A stretch of DNA of 64,000 bases from the NCBI RefSeq assembly GCF_006345805.1, contig NC_043000.1, forward strand, positions 39,308,001-39,372,000. The letters run 5' to 3'. The position numbers and the translations under genes are program-made. This DNA is from Octopus sinensis (Eukaryota). The notes beneath the pieces were generated by a model. That model had not been told where the DNA came from and ran no database searches. It worked only from the letters and a program-made list of their open reading frames with translations. Positions 1 to 13,395 of this stretch are shown here, one piece after another; position 1 is the stretch's first letter, and each line of letters begins with the position of its first letter.

Positions 1-274
1 TCGTCTAAAAATTCTTCAAGGCGGTACCCCAGCATGGATGCAGTCTAATCACTTAAACAAGTAAAAGCTAAAAGATATTGTAAAACACGGTGTCACTTTA
101 AATTTCAGGAGGTTTCGGTAATTGAAGCTACTGAGATTACGTCTCCTCGTTACATTGACTCCTCTTGGAGAATATTGTTGAATATTGCCCAGATCTGTCT
201 TCGAAATATTGTATGGAGAAAACTATTTTTCAGGTGCATAATAACATAATTAGCTACAAAAATTACTTCAACTA

Positions 275-652
275 GAGTGGCTGTGTGGTAAGTAGCTTGC
301 TTACCAACCACAAAATTCCGGGTTCAGTCCCACTGCGTGGTATCTTGGGCAAGTGCCTTGTACTATAGGCTCGGGCCTACCAAAGCCTTGTGACGGAAAA
401 TCAAAGAGACCCGTCGTATATATGTATATATATGTGTGTGTGTATGTTTGTCTGTCTGTGTTTGTCCCCCTAGCATTACTTGACAACCGAAGCTGGTGTG
501 TTTATGTCCCTGTCACTTAGTAGTTCGGCAAAAGAGACCGATAGAATAAGTACTGGGTTTACAAAGAATAAATCCCGGGGTCGATTTGCTCGACTAAAAA
601 GGTGGCGCTCCAGCATGGCCACAGTCAAATGACTGAAACAAGTAAAAGAGTA
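275..652 (+). mobile_element. tRNA-derived CORE-type SINE (family 1; octopus OR1/OR2-like), full length with internal microsatellite
   Basis: A-box-like TGGCTGTGTGG, B-box-like GGTTCAGTCCC, CORE-like TCTTGGGCAAGTG; 3' tail CAGCATGGCCACAGTCAAATGACTGAAACAAGTAAAAGAG recurs many times in the window (a 3' end also at 1-77). Confidence 0.85.
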
Positions 653-660
653 TTGAATTA

Positions 661-1052
661 TGTTGTCGTCGGCATCCGTCCGTCTCGAGAGACGATGGTG
701 TAGCTCGGAATAGGTGGTGGGTTTATCTGCCTGCTGGAGTGTCCTCTCCAGTCCTCTTCCTGTTGAGCTACAAGGCAAGGGCAGGTTTGTATGAGGGATC
801 AGCTGTTGCCCATGCAGTTTGATCCCCTCTCTCCACGCAGCTGGTAGCTCCAAGGGAATGACGGGTCGATACAGCTTGGTACCAGATGCATCGCAGGAGT
901 TGCCGGTGATGACGTGTTGTGTCAGGCCTCCTTAGGGACTCCAGCTCCGGATTTTCTGTCGGGGTTTAACTCCCTTAGCCATCCCCAGGAGGGGGTCTTG
1001 CCGCAAGGCAGCGGAGGTTTGAAATCGGAGTTTCCCTCTCCTAGTTGGGCTG
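661..1052 (-). mobile_element. Non-autonomous RTE-derived element (RTE 5'UTR-like body, RTE-like 3' end, no ORF)
   Basis: Minus strand CTAGGAGAGGGAAACTCCGATTTCAAACCTCCGCTGCCTTGCGGC...GGTACCAAGCTGTATCG matches my recollection of RTE-clade 5'UTRs; ends CATCGTCTCTCGAGACGGACGGATGCC. Confidence 0.6.
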
Positions 1053-2345
1053 AATTATGTATTTATTTGATTAATAAAGAGTTCTGCCGAGGTCGACTTT
1101 GCTTTCATCCTTCTGGAGTAGATAACGTAAGTTTATTATTAATCCTAAATTTATTGATTATTAATAAATTGCTCACAGGGATCTGTTTGCTCCTTCTTCT
1201 ATCATAATTATGTCTAACACTGATATATATTGTCTTATAGTTTAGAGGAAGAGTATAAAAACATCTGGCACTCCATAGGTTACAACGACGTTGACCTCGG
1301 CGGAATTTTAACTGAGGGTGTGAAAGTTCTTAAATAAAATACCGCAATGTATTTCATTCGTCTCCACAAGACTTTCACATTTAATACAAATAAATTCTAC
1401 TAAACTACAACACTTTCACAATTATAATGAAAGGCCTATGAAGCATATTGTAATCAACCAAATATATTGTGAGATTTACTAATACCAATAAATATTGAGA
1501 CTGTTGTACAGATCTGATGTTCAAGGCTCACACAAGGCTTACTGTTCGGCAGTAAATTACATACGATTGAATCAGAAAGGTTCCGAAGCAAAATTTTCTG
1601 AATTTTTAAAGGATGTAGTTTTATTATTGTGGCCAGAATATTTATTAAATATACCTGTTACTTCATTTATTGAATATATACGCTTTTTTATTAATTACAC
1701 TAGCAAAAACGATCACCCTGCGGGTTGAAACTTATTTGTAGAAAATATCATAAATATCCATTCCACAATATCCATTTCACAATAACTTATGAGGAAATAA
1801 AGTCAGGCGGGACACAATTCTGTTCTTCTGCCGATGTATAAACAGAGATTAAAAAAAAACATTATCCCATTGTGTGATAACTACGTCGTAATGCATAAAG
1901 GTAGTTTTGTGATTGCATCACAAAGTTGAAATCTTTAATAATAAAGATTCAAAACCACATTTCGATTAAAAATATATATATATATAAAATTGGAATTTAT
2001 AAGAATTTCCTAGACAATGTAGATTTTAATAATTGCTGTATTTTAGTAAGAGTTATATACTCCAAACACTCTCTTTTATAATATATATGCTATTAAGGTT
2101 GTGGGATTTGTACCACAAAAATGCGAACACACATCTCTTGAGATAATATAAAAACAAACAGACCACCTATGTTTATGAAAGTAACAAAGCAAATTCTAGT
2201 TCTTTCGAATAACAACAGAGTGTTTCTGCTCAGAATATTATCAAAACTTTATGAAAGAGACGAAGTTAACGAAAGCAAATAATTACTACCGGCAAATTTA
2301 GCCAAACATTATTCTACTTATTATTTTATTCTTTAAGCAGTCTTT

Positions 2346-2401
2346 TTTTATACATACATACATACATACATACATAATACATACATTCATATATATATAT
2401 G

Positions 2402-2498
<97 letters not shown>

Positions 2499-2525
2499 TA
2501 TATTTGTATATATGTGGGGGGGCTA

Positions 2526-2570
<45 letters not shown>
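2346..2570. repeat. (TACA)n/(TA)n microsatellite
   Basis: Directly visible. Confidence 0.95.
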
Positions 2571-2573
<3 letters not shown>

Positions 2574-2984
2574 GGTTAAGATGACAGCTAAGTTGATAAA
2601 GAAAGAAGACGAGAATTACCAGCTTCCTGATTAGGAGCAATACGATATAGCTCAATCTGCAAACAAGTGGCACATCTCTTCTATCTGATAACTTAATAAG
2701 GCTTGTTTATAGAGGGTGTGGTGAATGATGTCAACTCTCTACTTACGTCCACCAGCAACATTCCACGTGCGAACTCTAATGAAAACTTCTAATTTACTTG
2801 ATAACAACGAAAGGAACACTGTAATAAATAACACATGAGAAAATTAGTATGTTTTGATATAGATCATTGGTTGTAGTTATTTTTCACACATCGTATTATA
2901 CTCAGGAACAGTAGAAAGTTGTAAAGCGGAGTTTATGACGTTTATACTTTCATTATAATTAAAATATTGGTTTCGAATATTGGT

Positions 2985-3330
2985 AGAAGTTTAGCGATTT
3001 AGGGAGAGGGGTAAGTCGCTCAAATCGACACCAGTCCTAAACTGGTACCCGAACGGAAGCAAAGCAAAGTCGACCTCGGTGGAATTTGAGCACAACACAT
3101 AAAGGTGAACGAAATGCCGCTAAGCAATTTGCTCCACCTGCCGAGGATTCTGCCTGTTCGCTGCTTTTTTTCTTATGGCCGATCAATATCACTTACAAAT
3201 TTTGGCACAATGCCAACAATTTGGGGGATGGAGAAGTCGATTACATCGACCCTAGATGTTAAATTGGTACTTATTTTATCGACCCCGAAATGATGAAAGG
3301 TAAAGTCTCTTAGGGCAGAATTTGAACTTG
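2985..3330. mobile_element. Degenerate fragments of SINE family 2
   Basis: Pieces such as TTTTATCGACCCCGAAATGATGAAAGGTAAAGTC and GTCGACCTCGGTGGAATTTGA are reverse complements of the family-2 core at 46350-46440. Confidence 0.6.
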
Positions 3331-4104
3331 AAGGAATGAAACGCGGAACGGAAAGTCTTAGAAACTAGAGAATTTTTTTAAGCGGTTAGGGTTAGGGTTA
3401 GTGTATGAATGGATGAACTGTTGATGATATCTGGAGACAGATAGACTGGAGACAACGCTCGTAGTTCGCTTGAAGCATTGTAGTATAGAAGTAGAACAAT
3501 AAATGAAATGAGAAATGAAGCTTCTAAAAATGCAGTATGTTTAAAAAACTTTTAGATTTCTGGTACAAAGGCCTATCTTTAAAAGAATGCACTCAAGCAA
3601 ATGTGGTTACATAGACCCTGCTATTTTGGATAGCCGGATAGGCTGTGACCCCGTTTTAATCCGGGATCACTGCCCGTATCTTTGAGGATAGGCATTTGCA
3701 CCCAAAGTAGAAGGAATAATAAATCGTTCTGCATACCTTATCTTTTATTCCATTTATTATTCTATAAAAATAAATTAAATTAGAATATAAAAAAAATAAA
3801 GGAAAACATACATCTGCTTCACTCTGTAAGAGATAACAAGGAGAGAGTCCTCAATGAGTACGAATCTGAAACCCGAGTTTAAGTTCCGGGTTAGCTTTAT
3901 GTTGTTCTAGTTATAACGTTGAGCAAAATGGAAAAAGAACCAATCCTCTAGTTGTATGTGTTAAACAATTCTTTGATGGAATGAAATCGAAATAAAACAA
4001 AGATCATAAGTGGATCGAGACTTGGTAGATTTGGAGAAATGTTGTTACACAACATATGGGTGTCGACTATCGATTTTAATTTATTTGAATACTAGGAAGA
4101 TCAC

Positions 4105-4560
4105 AGCGCTGCTGTGTGGCAAGAAGCTTGATGCTCAACCACATGGTTCCAGGTTCAGTCCCACTGTGTGATACTTTAGACAAGTGTCATCTACTATAAC
4201 CATGGACCGACCTAAGCCTCGTAAGTGGGTTTGGTAGACGGAAACTGAAAGAAGCCCATTCTATGTATATACGTCTGTATGTGTGTTTGTGTGTGAGAGA
4301 GAGGCAGAGAGGCAGAGAGAGAGAGAGAGAGCTAGCTTGTGTCTGTACTTCCCCCCCCATCACCACCACCACCACTTGACAACCGAGTTGGTGTGTTTAT
4401 GTCCCCATAACTTAGCGGTTCAGCAAAGTGACCCATAGATTAAGTACCAAGCTTAAAATAAAAATAGGCACTGGATGGCGATTCATTTCAATAAAAATTC
4501 ATCAAGGTGATGCTGCAGCATGACCGCAGTCTAATGAGAAAAACAAGTAAAAGTTAAAAA
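4105..4560 (+). mobile_element. SINE family 1, older copy
   Basis: Same head (GCTGTGTGG...GGTTCAGTCCCACTG) and tail as 275-652, more diverged. Confidence 0.8.
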
Positions 4561-4834
4561 AACAAGCAGTATCCAAATTTTATTTATTCTTTTGGCCATT
4601 TCATTGTTTTCCCATCATTTAAGGAATATTTGTTGGAGCATAGATTCTATACTCCAGCCAAAGAAAATAGGGCTTAGTGTTCGAACTTCGATCCCTAATG
4701 TATGTTAGTTTAGCAGATGCTGGTTCTCTGGAAAAAACTTACCATTTACCATGATCGTTTATAATCTCCAGAATTGAAATGAAACAAAGAGCCGTGATTC
4801 GTGAAAAATCAAAAGGGGCACAGACACACTCACG

Positions 4835-5222
<388 letters not shown>

Positions 5223-5358
5223 AACCGCACCAGAAAAAATCAACTTCTGGCATTGTTAATGTGATCTGGTATATATAATGTAGATTAAAGAAAGCATAGT
5301 TCCCTGATTACCCAAATTGATTTAGTATCAAACAAAGATGGCATGTATACAACTCATT

Positions 5359-5393
<35 letters not shown>

Positions 5394-5834
5394 CACAGGC
5401 ACCCGCATACATATGAAGAGAAAGCCCACTAGGCTGTGACTAAGAGTTTGAAACGCTCATTGTCTATCTTTACTTTATCAATTAAATTTTATAAGCATAG
5501 TTTTATCTTTTGTAAATATTCTCTCGTCCATTATCAGTTTTAATGAAGTATTTTGTTTGTACTAACTTCACATACAAAAGGTAAAGAATCTAAAACTTGG
5601 CAGTTTGTCAGGACTTGCCACAGAAGACTACATAGATATTCTTGTTTTGTTTTTTTTATTGTGAATCTGTGTTATGTTGGTGAAATCAACGGTGGTTATG
5701 AAGACAAGCCAGGTCTTGCTCGATACGGAGATTGATAAAATCCTTACTTTTTATTTATATTTTGCGTATATGTGTTACGTTGTTGGTTTATATACACCAG
5801 CATCAATGAATGAAGCACACGAATATCTTATATT

Positions 5835-6230
5835 TGTTTCAGTCATTTGGATACGGCCATGCTGAGGCACCACCTTGAAGAATGAATCGATCCCAATATT
5901 TCTTTATATTAAAGCTTAATACATATTCTATCGGTATCTTATACCGAACCGATAAGTTACAGGACCGTAAATGCACCAACAGCGTTTGTGAAGCGATGGT
6001 GGGGAACAAATACAGACAGAAAGAAACATTCACACACACGCACGCGCACACATGCACACATATATGAAGGGATTTTTTCAGTTTCCGTCTACCAAACCTA
6101 CTCATAAAGAATTGGTCAGCTTGAGGCTATAGTAGGAGATACTTGCCGAAGGTTACACATAGTGGGATTGAACCCAGAACCATATGGTTCAGTAGAAAGC
6201 TTCTTACCACAGAGCCACACCTGCGCCTAT
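5835..6230 (-). mobile_element. SINE family 1
   Basis: Reverse complement of head (GGGATTGAACCCAGAACCAT...CTTACCACAGAGCCAC) and tail. Confidence 0.8.
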
Positions 6231-6434
6231 AGAAGAAAGCGAAGAAGAAATATCAATTAAAATTCGGTTTGAAGAGCAGAAAATCCAGAACAGCTAAGGA
6301 ACTTTTCGAGAAACAAATAAATGCAAGAATGTAAATAACGAACTCGGCCTAAACTGAGGAACAAAAGGAATCCGGAACTCAAAACGAAATCATCGTAAAG
6401 ACAAAGAAAGTAAAATACATATACTCAATGCTCC

Positions 6435-6945
6435 AGGCAGTGCTCCAGCATGACCGCAGTCAAATGACTGAAACGAGTAAGAGAGTAAAAAAATAAATGC
6501 CTTATTCTTTTGTTCTGTTATTCTTTTATTTGTTTGTCATTTGACTGCGGCTAAGCTGGAGCACCGCTTAGTCGAACAAATCGACCCCAGGACTTATTCT
6601 TGGTAAGCCTAGTACTTATTCTATCGTGTGTCTAGCCGAAACGCTAAGTTACGAGGGTCGTAAACACACCAGCATCGGTTTTCAAGCGATGGTGGGGGAA
6701 AAAAACACAGATACATAAACACGCACACACACACATACATATATATATTTCTTTATTGCCCACAAAGGGCTAAACATAGAGGGGACAAACAAGGACAGAC
6801 AAAGGGATTAAGTCGACTACATCGACCCCAGTGCGAAACTGGTACTTAATTTATCGACCCCGAAAGGATGAAAGGCTTCTATCAGTTTCCCTTTATCAAA
6901 TCCACTCACAAGGCTTTGGTCGGCCCGATGCTATAGTAGTTTTGA
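6435..6945. mobile_element. Cluster of SINE family 1 and family 2 fragments
   Basis: Family-1 tail (+) 6435-6500, family-1 3' half (-) 6520-6740, family-2 3' half (-) 6745-6880, family-1 piece (-) 6880-6940. Confidence 0.75.
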
Positions 6946-7139
6946 TCGTTTTTGACTGCTTCTTCTACCGTGTAAAATCACCTGTTAAAGGTAGTTTTTC
7001 TTGTGTTTTATATGTACACTATTATATATATATATATTAACAATTGAGGATAAAATCTTTAAAAGAAATTATCAGTAGTCAGCGTGAAAAACCTCGTAAG
7101 AGAAAAAATCCGTAAATTCTTCCTCTTTGAAAATATTCA

Positions 7140-7231
7140 TTTATATTATATTGAGGGTACTACTATTCGTAGATACCAACACGCTAGCGTGTTGGTATCT
7201 ACGAATAGTAGTACCCTCAATATAATATAAA
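7140..7231. repeat. Perfect 92-bp palindrome
   Basis: TTTATATTATATTGAGGGTACTACTATTCGTAGATACCAACACGCT|AGCGTGTTGG...AATATAATATAAA, no spacer. Confidence 0.95.
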
Positions 7232-7609
7232 ATATATATATATATATATATATAAAACAGTACTTGGAGAAGAAGAACGGAACGAAACGAACGAATCGAA
7301 TCGAATCGACGCGAGGGCGCTCAGTCATACAATAGTGTAATAAATAAAATATATGCATACATACATATATGTACGTACCTACATCTACATGTATATATAC
7401 ATGCATATATAAATATATATACGTGAGTACAGAACACCACATATGTATTTTTTTCGAAGATTAGAAAAACGACGGCCACGCGCATGCACTTGGCGAGGAA
7501 CGTCTCCACTGCGGCTCAAGAATTGAGACGTGCTTCAGAAGGCACTTGAATTTAGTAAGACGTATGTTACTATAACAAATACTGATATAAATATAATTAT
7601 GAACGCAAG

Positions 7610-8750
7610 GAAGTCATTACTCTTTCGTATTAATTCCTATTGGGTAAAAAAAATGGAGACGGGTTATTTGACGTGGCAATGGGGAGCTATGACGATGCAG
7701 AGATAGCTGACTATGTAGGCCTTTATTTCCTAGAGACCCTTAAAAAAGAAATAAAATAAGCTAACATAGGTTGATATAGGGACGATGGCCTGGGAGTAGT
7801 ATACAATAAAAACGGACATGATATGCATAGATTAGGGGGGGAATTATGCAAAATATTTAGCCAATTAGGCCTAAGAATCACAATCAGTACAAACCGAAAC
7901 GAAGTCAACTTCATTGACATTAACATGAATCTTAACACAGGTTCCAACCATCCCTCAGCAGTAATTAAACAAATAGTTAACAACATTAGCAGGCGCGTCT
8001 CCAATTTATCCACTGACAAAGACACTTTTGAAATAGCCACCCCATATTATAATACTGCATTAGAAAGGTCCGACTTCTAGAATAGCGTATACTACATTGA
8101 ACCAAATATAAATATACCAAGAAGACGCAGACAGAGGAAAATCTTATGGTTTAACTCATTTTATTGCATGAATGTAGCTACTAACATAGGAAATTCTTAA
8201 AACTAATAGACAACCACTTTCCACAAATACCAAAAGATCTTCAACGGAAATACTGTTAAAGTTAGCTATAGTTGCCTCTCCAATATAGGGTCAATAATAC
8301 TCAATCACAATAAACATAAATACACCAGAAACACCTCCAAAAGACAATGTACCTATAGATCCTCAAACCGCTGCCCTCTGTCTCGTATTGAAGGCCAAGA
8401 TCACGGACACCAACGAAATAGTTAAAACGTATATCGGAATGGCAGGCATCTCGTTCAAGGAAAGGTATACACAACATCTGGCATCATTCAGAGACAAAAA
8501 TAAAACAAACATGCAACTTCCTTGTCAAATATGTTATAGACATTGAAAGAAGGTGGAATAGGCAAACCCAGATAGAATGAAAAATTATTGCTAAAGCCAA
8601 AAAATACAAACGATGGGATAGCAAATATGAACTCTGTATTACTGAAACATTAAACATTATACAATCAACAGATACATTCTAAACATTAGAGATGCAACCT
8701 CCTCTCCCTGCATACAGAAGCAATATTTTTCACTGAAATATTTCAAAGAA
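7610..8750 (+). pseudogene. Decayed Penelope-like element RT + GIY-YIG endonuclease (probably Naiad-type)
   Basis: Translated pieces FDVAMGSYDDAEIADYVGLY, YRDDGL, NFIDINMNL, linker C..R...CPL, KTYIGMAGISFKERYTQHLASFRD, ELCITE...LN.R; many stops and frameshifts. Confidence 0.85.
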
Positions 8751-9178
8751 GAGCCACTATTTGCGACGGTAAACCCACCAGTGAAATCTGCACGCACATA
8801 GCACACAAACTTTACACACAGACGAAATATGCCCCAACAAGTAACTACCTCAGCACACAAGTATAGGAACACTATGCCCTGAAGAAAAATAAAATAATCC
8901 AAACAAATTGAACATACAACAATTTTCCCAAAAGACAAATTCAAGGGAGACAAATATCCAAAAGATACCACCCAGGTGGAACGTCTTTTGATAGATTGAT
9001 TCTTTGTTTCATTCACGTGAATTCACGAGAATCTCTGCAAACTAAATGAGACTGTTTTTTCGAAAAGAGCGGCGAACACCTTTCTCCATGTGATCGGCTT
9101 GAAAAGTTGTTAAGATACTAGGATATGTAGTTTTCTTAGGTTTCTTAACACGAAACCAATGGTGTGTGTGTATATATA

Positions 9179-9576
9179 TCTTTATATATAAAAGTCAAGT
9201 TGTGTGTCTGTCTCCTACGATTTAGATTCCTAACTACTCCCACATTTTGCGGTGCAGTTTAACCAAAACCGGGTATCTTATAGTCGTGATTCATATCGAG
9301 CCCTTCTGGGTATTAGTGCGTGTCTACGATGAGTCTACGATTTTGAAAAAAATTTACCATAATTTTTCCGTATTTTTAATGCATTTTCGCTCGGTTTATA
9401 TAAGGGAAGTAACTCTCTAAAAATGTATTATTAAATCTCAGAACGTAAACAAGCTACAGTAACACCCCCCCCTTTGTGGTTAGCCATATTGGGATGGCTA
9501 TTATATTTCACATCTCTAAAAATGCTTATATAGTTATTTCCCTTACAAACCCGAGCAACGCCGGGTGATACTGCTA

Positions 9577-9577
<1 letters not shown>
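9179..9577 (+). mobile_element. Non-autonomous Helitron, complete
   Basis: 5' A|TCTTTATATATAAAAG, 3' hairpin CCCGAGCAACGCCGGG then CTAG|T; homologous copy at 38413-38804. Confidence 0.85.
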
Positions 9578-9617
<40 letters not shown>

Positions 9618-10109
9618 CATACATACACACACAAATATATCGTCCTTAGGCTGTTGCAAGATCGTGGGTTCGATTCTCAGACCGACCGGCGCATTGTGAT
9701 CAGCGATGTATAACGACACTCAACTCTCTGGTTGATCACGTGATCATATGATATATACATACATACATACACACACACACATATATATATGTATGTATGT
9801 ATATGTATGTATGTATATGTATCTATATATATAATAAGATGACAAAGGAATTAACGATCGTATTATGAACTATTTTGCTGCTATAAATGCAGTGGGTTTA
9901 TTTTTGAGTGTTTGAGTCAAACCTCTTTACAGCTATAGCAGCGCCGCCTCGGCTATAAAGTGCAGTTTGCTTTGTACTAGTGATCAAATACGTAATTGAT
10001 AGTGCATCAAGGTGTTCTATATTTTCAATGTCTAAGTCCAGCTCGACTTTATGATATCCACAATACCGCACTTGAACACACAAAGCAAGCACAGGCAAAG
10101 TGAACAGAA

Positions 10110-10420
10110 GAAAGCCCTTGAAGGGTACGCTTAAAGCCTCACTCAAAAGTTTTGAGATCACCCTCTTGGAAACGCCTGTACAAGACCGCCCTGCCTGGCG
10201 AAGTTGCACCGACAGAGGTGCCACCAACAAGATTGTAAGGGCACGAAGAAAACGTGAACTGTGCAAGTAAAGTGTGGTTACCTTCGATCCCAGGACACTT
10301 CCAGTGGCCAACCTGCAGCGGACACTTCCCAGCATGCATCGGACTGATCGGCGGATATACCATGACCCATCTTCTCCATTCTGCTGTCCTTGGTTGTCGT
10401 CGACAACGACGTACGAATTA
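10110..10420 (+). mobile_element. 3' end fragment of RTE (BovB-like) LINE
   Basis: TLKASLKSF...QDRPAWRSC...ARRKR, C-terminal PTC...IGLI motif, RTE-like 3' end GTCGTCGACAACGACGTACGAA. Confidence 0.7.
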
Positions 10421-11159
10421 ACATGTGTGTGTGTCTCTGTGTGTCTCTGTGTGTCTGTGTCTGTGTCTCTGTGTGTGTCTGTGTGTGTGTGTGTGTGTCT
10501 GGGGAGACCCGTTTGTAAAATGCTTTTCCACGAAATGAACGCTGAGCTATAACTGGTTGAGAACCCCTTCTCTAAGCCATGATTAAAAGTCTGTCCACAC
10601 TCCGTCTTGTATATAAAGCAACGAGTGAATCGATCCGATGGTGGGAGTTAAAGACTTAAATGTGAAAATAAGAAATGAAATCTAAAATCATGTTTAATGA
10701 ACAGAAATCCGAAGTCACAAAAAAGAAGTATCTCGGGAGAGCCACAGAGAGAGGAGGAGGAGAGAAGAGAAGAGACAGAGAGAGAGAAAGAAGCAAAGAC
10801 AGACAAAGAGAGAAAGAGAGCGGTACAGAGTGACATAGAGAGACATACACATACATACAGAGATAAAGAGAGAGACAGATAGAGAGAGAGAAAGAGAAAT
10901 ACTTAGAGAAACAGACACACGAAGTCAAACACGCACAGAGCGAAAGAAAGAAAGGAAGAGAATAGCCAGAGAGAAAAAGAGAGAGAGAGAGGGGGAGAGA
11001 GATAAAGAGAGAGAAGGAAAGGCAAAAGGAAATACATCATGAGTGATTTGGAAACGGTTTCGTTGCAAGAGTCGTCATCTGAACGGAACGTATAATCCGG
11101 TCATGTAAGAAGATAGGGAAGTGTCAAAGGTGGTTAGTGATAGGCAACAGATGGTATTA

Positions 11160-11961
11160 CATACCACCACCAACACCACCACTGCCATACTAATGACATT
11201 ACAACCTCTGCTACTATAACTACCACCACCACTACCATTACATTCAAAATCATCATCGCCATTATCACATCTACTACTATCATAACTAAAACTACCACCT
11301 CCACTACAATCATCACCACAGCCTCGACTACCACCATCAGCACTAGCATTGGCACCACCAGCACGACCACCATCACTACTACCACAAGAATCACTACCAC
11401 CAACACCACTACTACCACCACAATTGTCATCACCACAATGACTACCACCACTACCACAACTACTACCTCCACCACCACTACTACCACCACCATTACCACC
11501 ACTACCACCACTACCACCACCACCATCACCACCACAATCACCACTACCATCACCATCACAACTATTGCCACCACCACAAACACTAGCACACACCACAATG
11601 ACTACCACCACTACAACCACTACTACCACTACCACAACCACTACCACCACTACTTCCTCAACCACCACCACCACCACTACTACTGGAACCAGTACTACAT
11701 CTATCATCTTGTACTACAAGCACAACAATCAGAAGTACCACCACGGTCACTACAACCACTACAACCATTATCAACAGAACTACCACCTTTTCCAACACCA
11801 CCACCACGACAAGAACTAGCAGAGTCACCACCACCAGCACTACATCCACAACAACAACACCGCCACTGCCATCACCACCACCAACAACAATAACATCAAT
11901 AATAACTACAGCAACAGAAACAGCATCACCCACAATCACCGTCACAAGAACTGCCAGAAGC

Positions 11962-11992
<31 letters not shown>

Positions 11993-12035
11993 CTACTACC
12001 ACCAATACTACCACCACCACCACTACAAGAATTGA
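11160..12035. repeat. Compound (ACC/ACT/ATC/AAC)n trinucleotide repeat
   Basis: Directly visible; frames are interrupted. Confidence 0.9.
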
Positions 12036-13019
12036 CAACAATTTCTTCCCAGAGTTTGAGATTTTTTACCGAGACACTAATAAATAACTAAATCAATTAA
12101 TAAATAAATAATTAAATAAACAAGTAAATACATTGAAAAAAGACAAGTAAATAACATCACATGGTTTATCAGATAACAAGAAATAGTTGGGCGGTCAAAG
12201 GAAAAACGGAGGAGGGTGTTTAAATGTTTTGCCTTATTGGTAAAGTCTTACTTTTGTCGCGAAATAATTGAAGAATTAGCAACGGAAGTTAAGTCATTAA
12301 GATATTTTGTTTTCTAACGGTTTTATATTTTGTATTGTTTAATTTAATTTCTTTCATTAAATACCATCAAAATTTTTGTATATCGATTGAATTTTGTAAA
12401 TTGAGTGACTGGTAGTAATTCATTGTACTGATTAAACGGTATCATTAGCTTATACGGATTAAATTCTGGTAATCCTTTACGTAATGGTAAAATAAAACCA
12501 TCTAGATCGATTGAATTGCATAAATACAAGGCGTCAAATAGAACGACTTTATCAGCAACGAAGGGGTCAGAAGTAGAGCAAACCAACGCCTATTACTCAT
12601 CACCATCTGCAAAGCACCGTCTGAGTTTGCAGGGACATTTCATATGGCCCCGACGACCAAAATCCACCAATCAACACCAACTTCTGCCATATATAAAATA
12701 CTTTAACATATTCCTTTTACATATCACTTCAAATAGTATTTAATTATAAGAGGATAAGATGTTTTTTAAAAAACATGGAATGTCTATGAGGATCCATCCA
12801 ATTAAAATGCGTGAAAAATGGTTGAGAACTACTGCCTTACATCGATGAAATACATTTGAAGTAAATAATATAAACTCAGCACGGGTCTGTATGTGATTGA
12901 CTGATATGCAAGAAATGTCCAACAAATAATCCTCTAATTGTGTCATGCCATATTTATAAAAACAGGAAAGACCTCAATAATGTAATTTTATATACGCAAA
13001 AAAAAACCAGAAAAAAGAC

Positions 13020-13395
13020 GGGATGTGTGGTAAGAAGTTTGCTTCCCGACCATATAGTTCCGGGTTCAGTCCTACTACGTGGCATCTTGGGCGAGTGTCT
13101 TCTACTATAGCCCTGGGCCGACCAAATGCCTCTGAGTCGGATTGGTAGATGAAAACTGAAAGAAGCCCGTTGTATGTGTGTGTGTGCGTGTCTGTGTGTG
13201 TGTGTGTGTGAGTGAGTGAGTGTGTGAGTGAGTGAGTGTGTGTATCATTGTGTTTACATACCTGTAACTTAGTGGTTCAGCAAAAGGGTTCATTGGAATA
13301 AGTACTGGGATTGATCCATTCGACTAAAACTCTTCAAGCTGGTACCCCAGCATGGCCACTGTCTAATCACTAAGCAAGTAATAGATAAAAGATGA
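13020..13395 (+). mobile_element. SINE family 1
   Basis: Head TGTGTGGTAAGAAGTTTGC...GGTTCAGTCC, CORE-like TCTTGGGCGAGTG, tail CCCCAGCATGGCCACTGTC. Confidence 0.8.

Noticed and set aside
275-360. tRNA genes at SINE heads
   Set aside because: A/B boxes only, no complete cloverleaf, and they continue into SINE bodies
2218-2252. TTGATAA...GAAA.cac.TC hammerhead-like string on the minus strand
   Set aside because: Stems I, II and III do not pair; chance match in AT-rich DNA
3384-3402. (TTAGGG)3 telomere-like repeat
   Set aside because: Only three units; not distinguishable from background or repeat-internal sequence
5408-5465. ATGAAGA...GAAACGCTC possible hammerhead relic
   Set aside because: Core mutated and all three stems weak
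8340-8750. Selenocysteine recoding, reported for some Naiad PLEs
   Set aside because: Recognisable Cys positions are TGT/TGC or TAT; the in-frame TGA near 8577 replaces a Trp (IEWKII), consistent with decay
11160-12035. Mucin-like Thr-rich coding exon
   Set aside because: The Thr frame is interrupted by stops and shifts; behaves as a compound microsatellite
12344-12743. Non-repetitive ORFs on both strands as host exons (also 13470-13600 and 16667-17040)
   Set aside because: No recognisable domain and no consistent splice pairs; the 13.5 kb candidate has an in-frame stop
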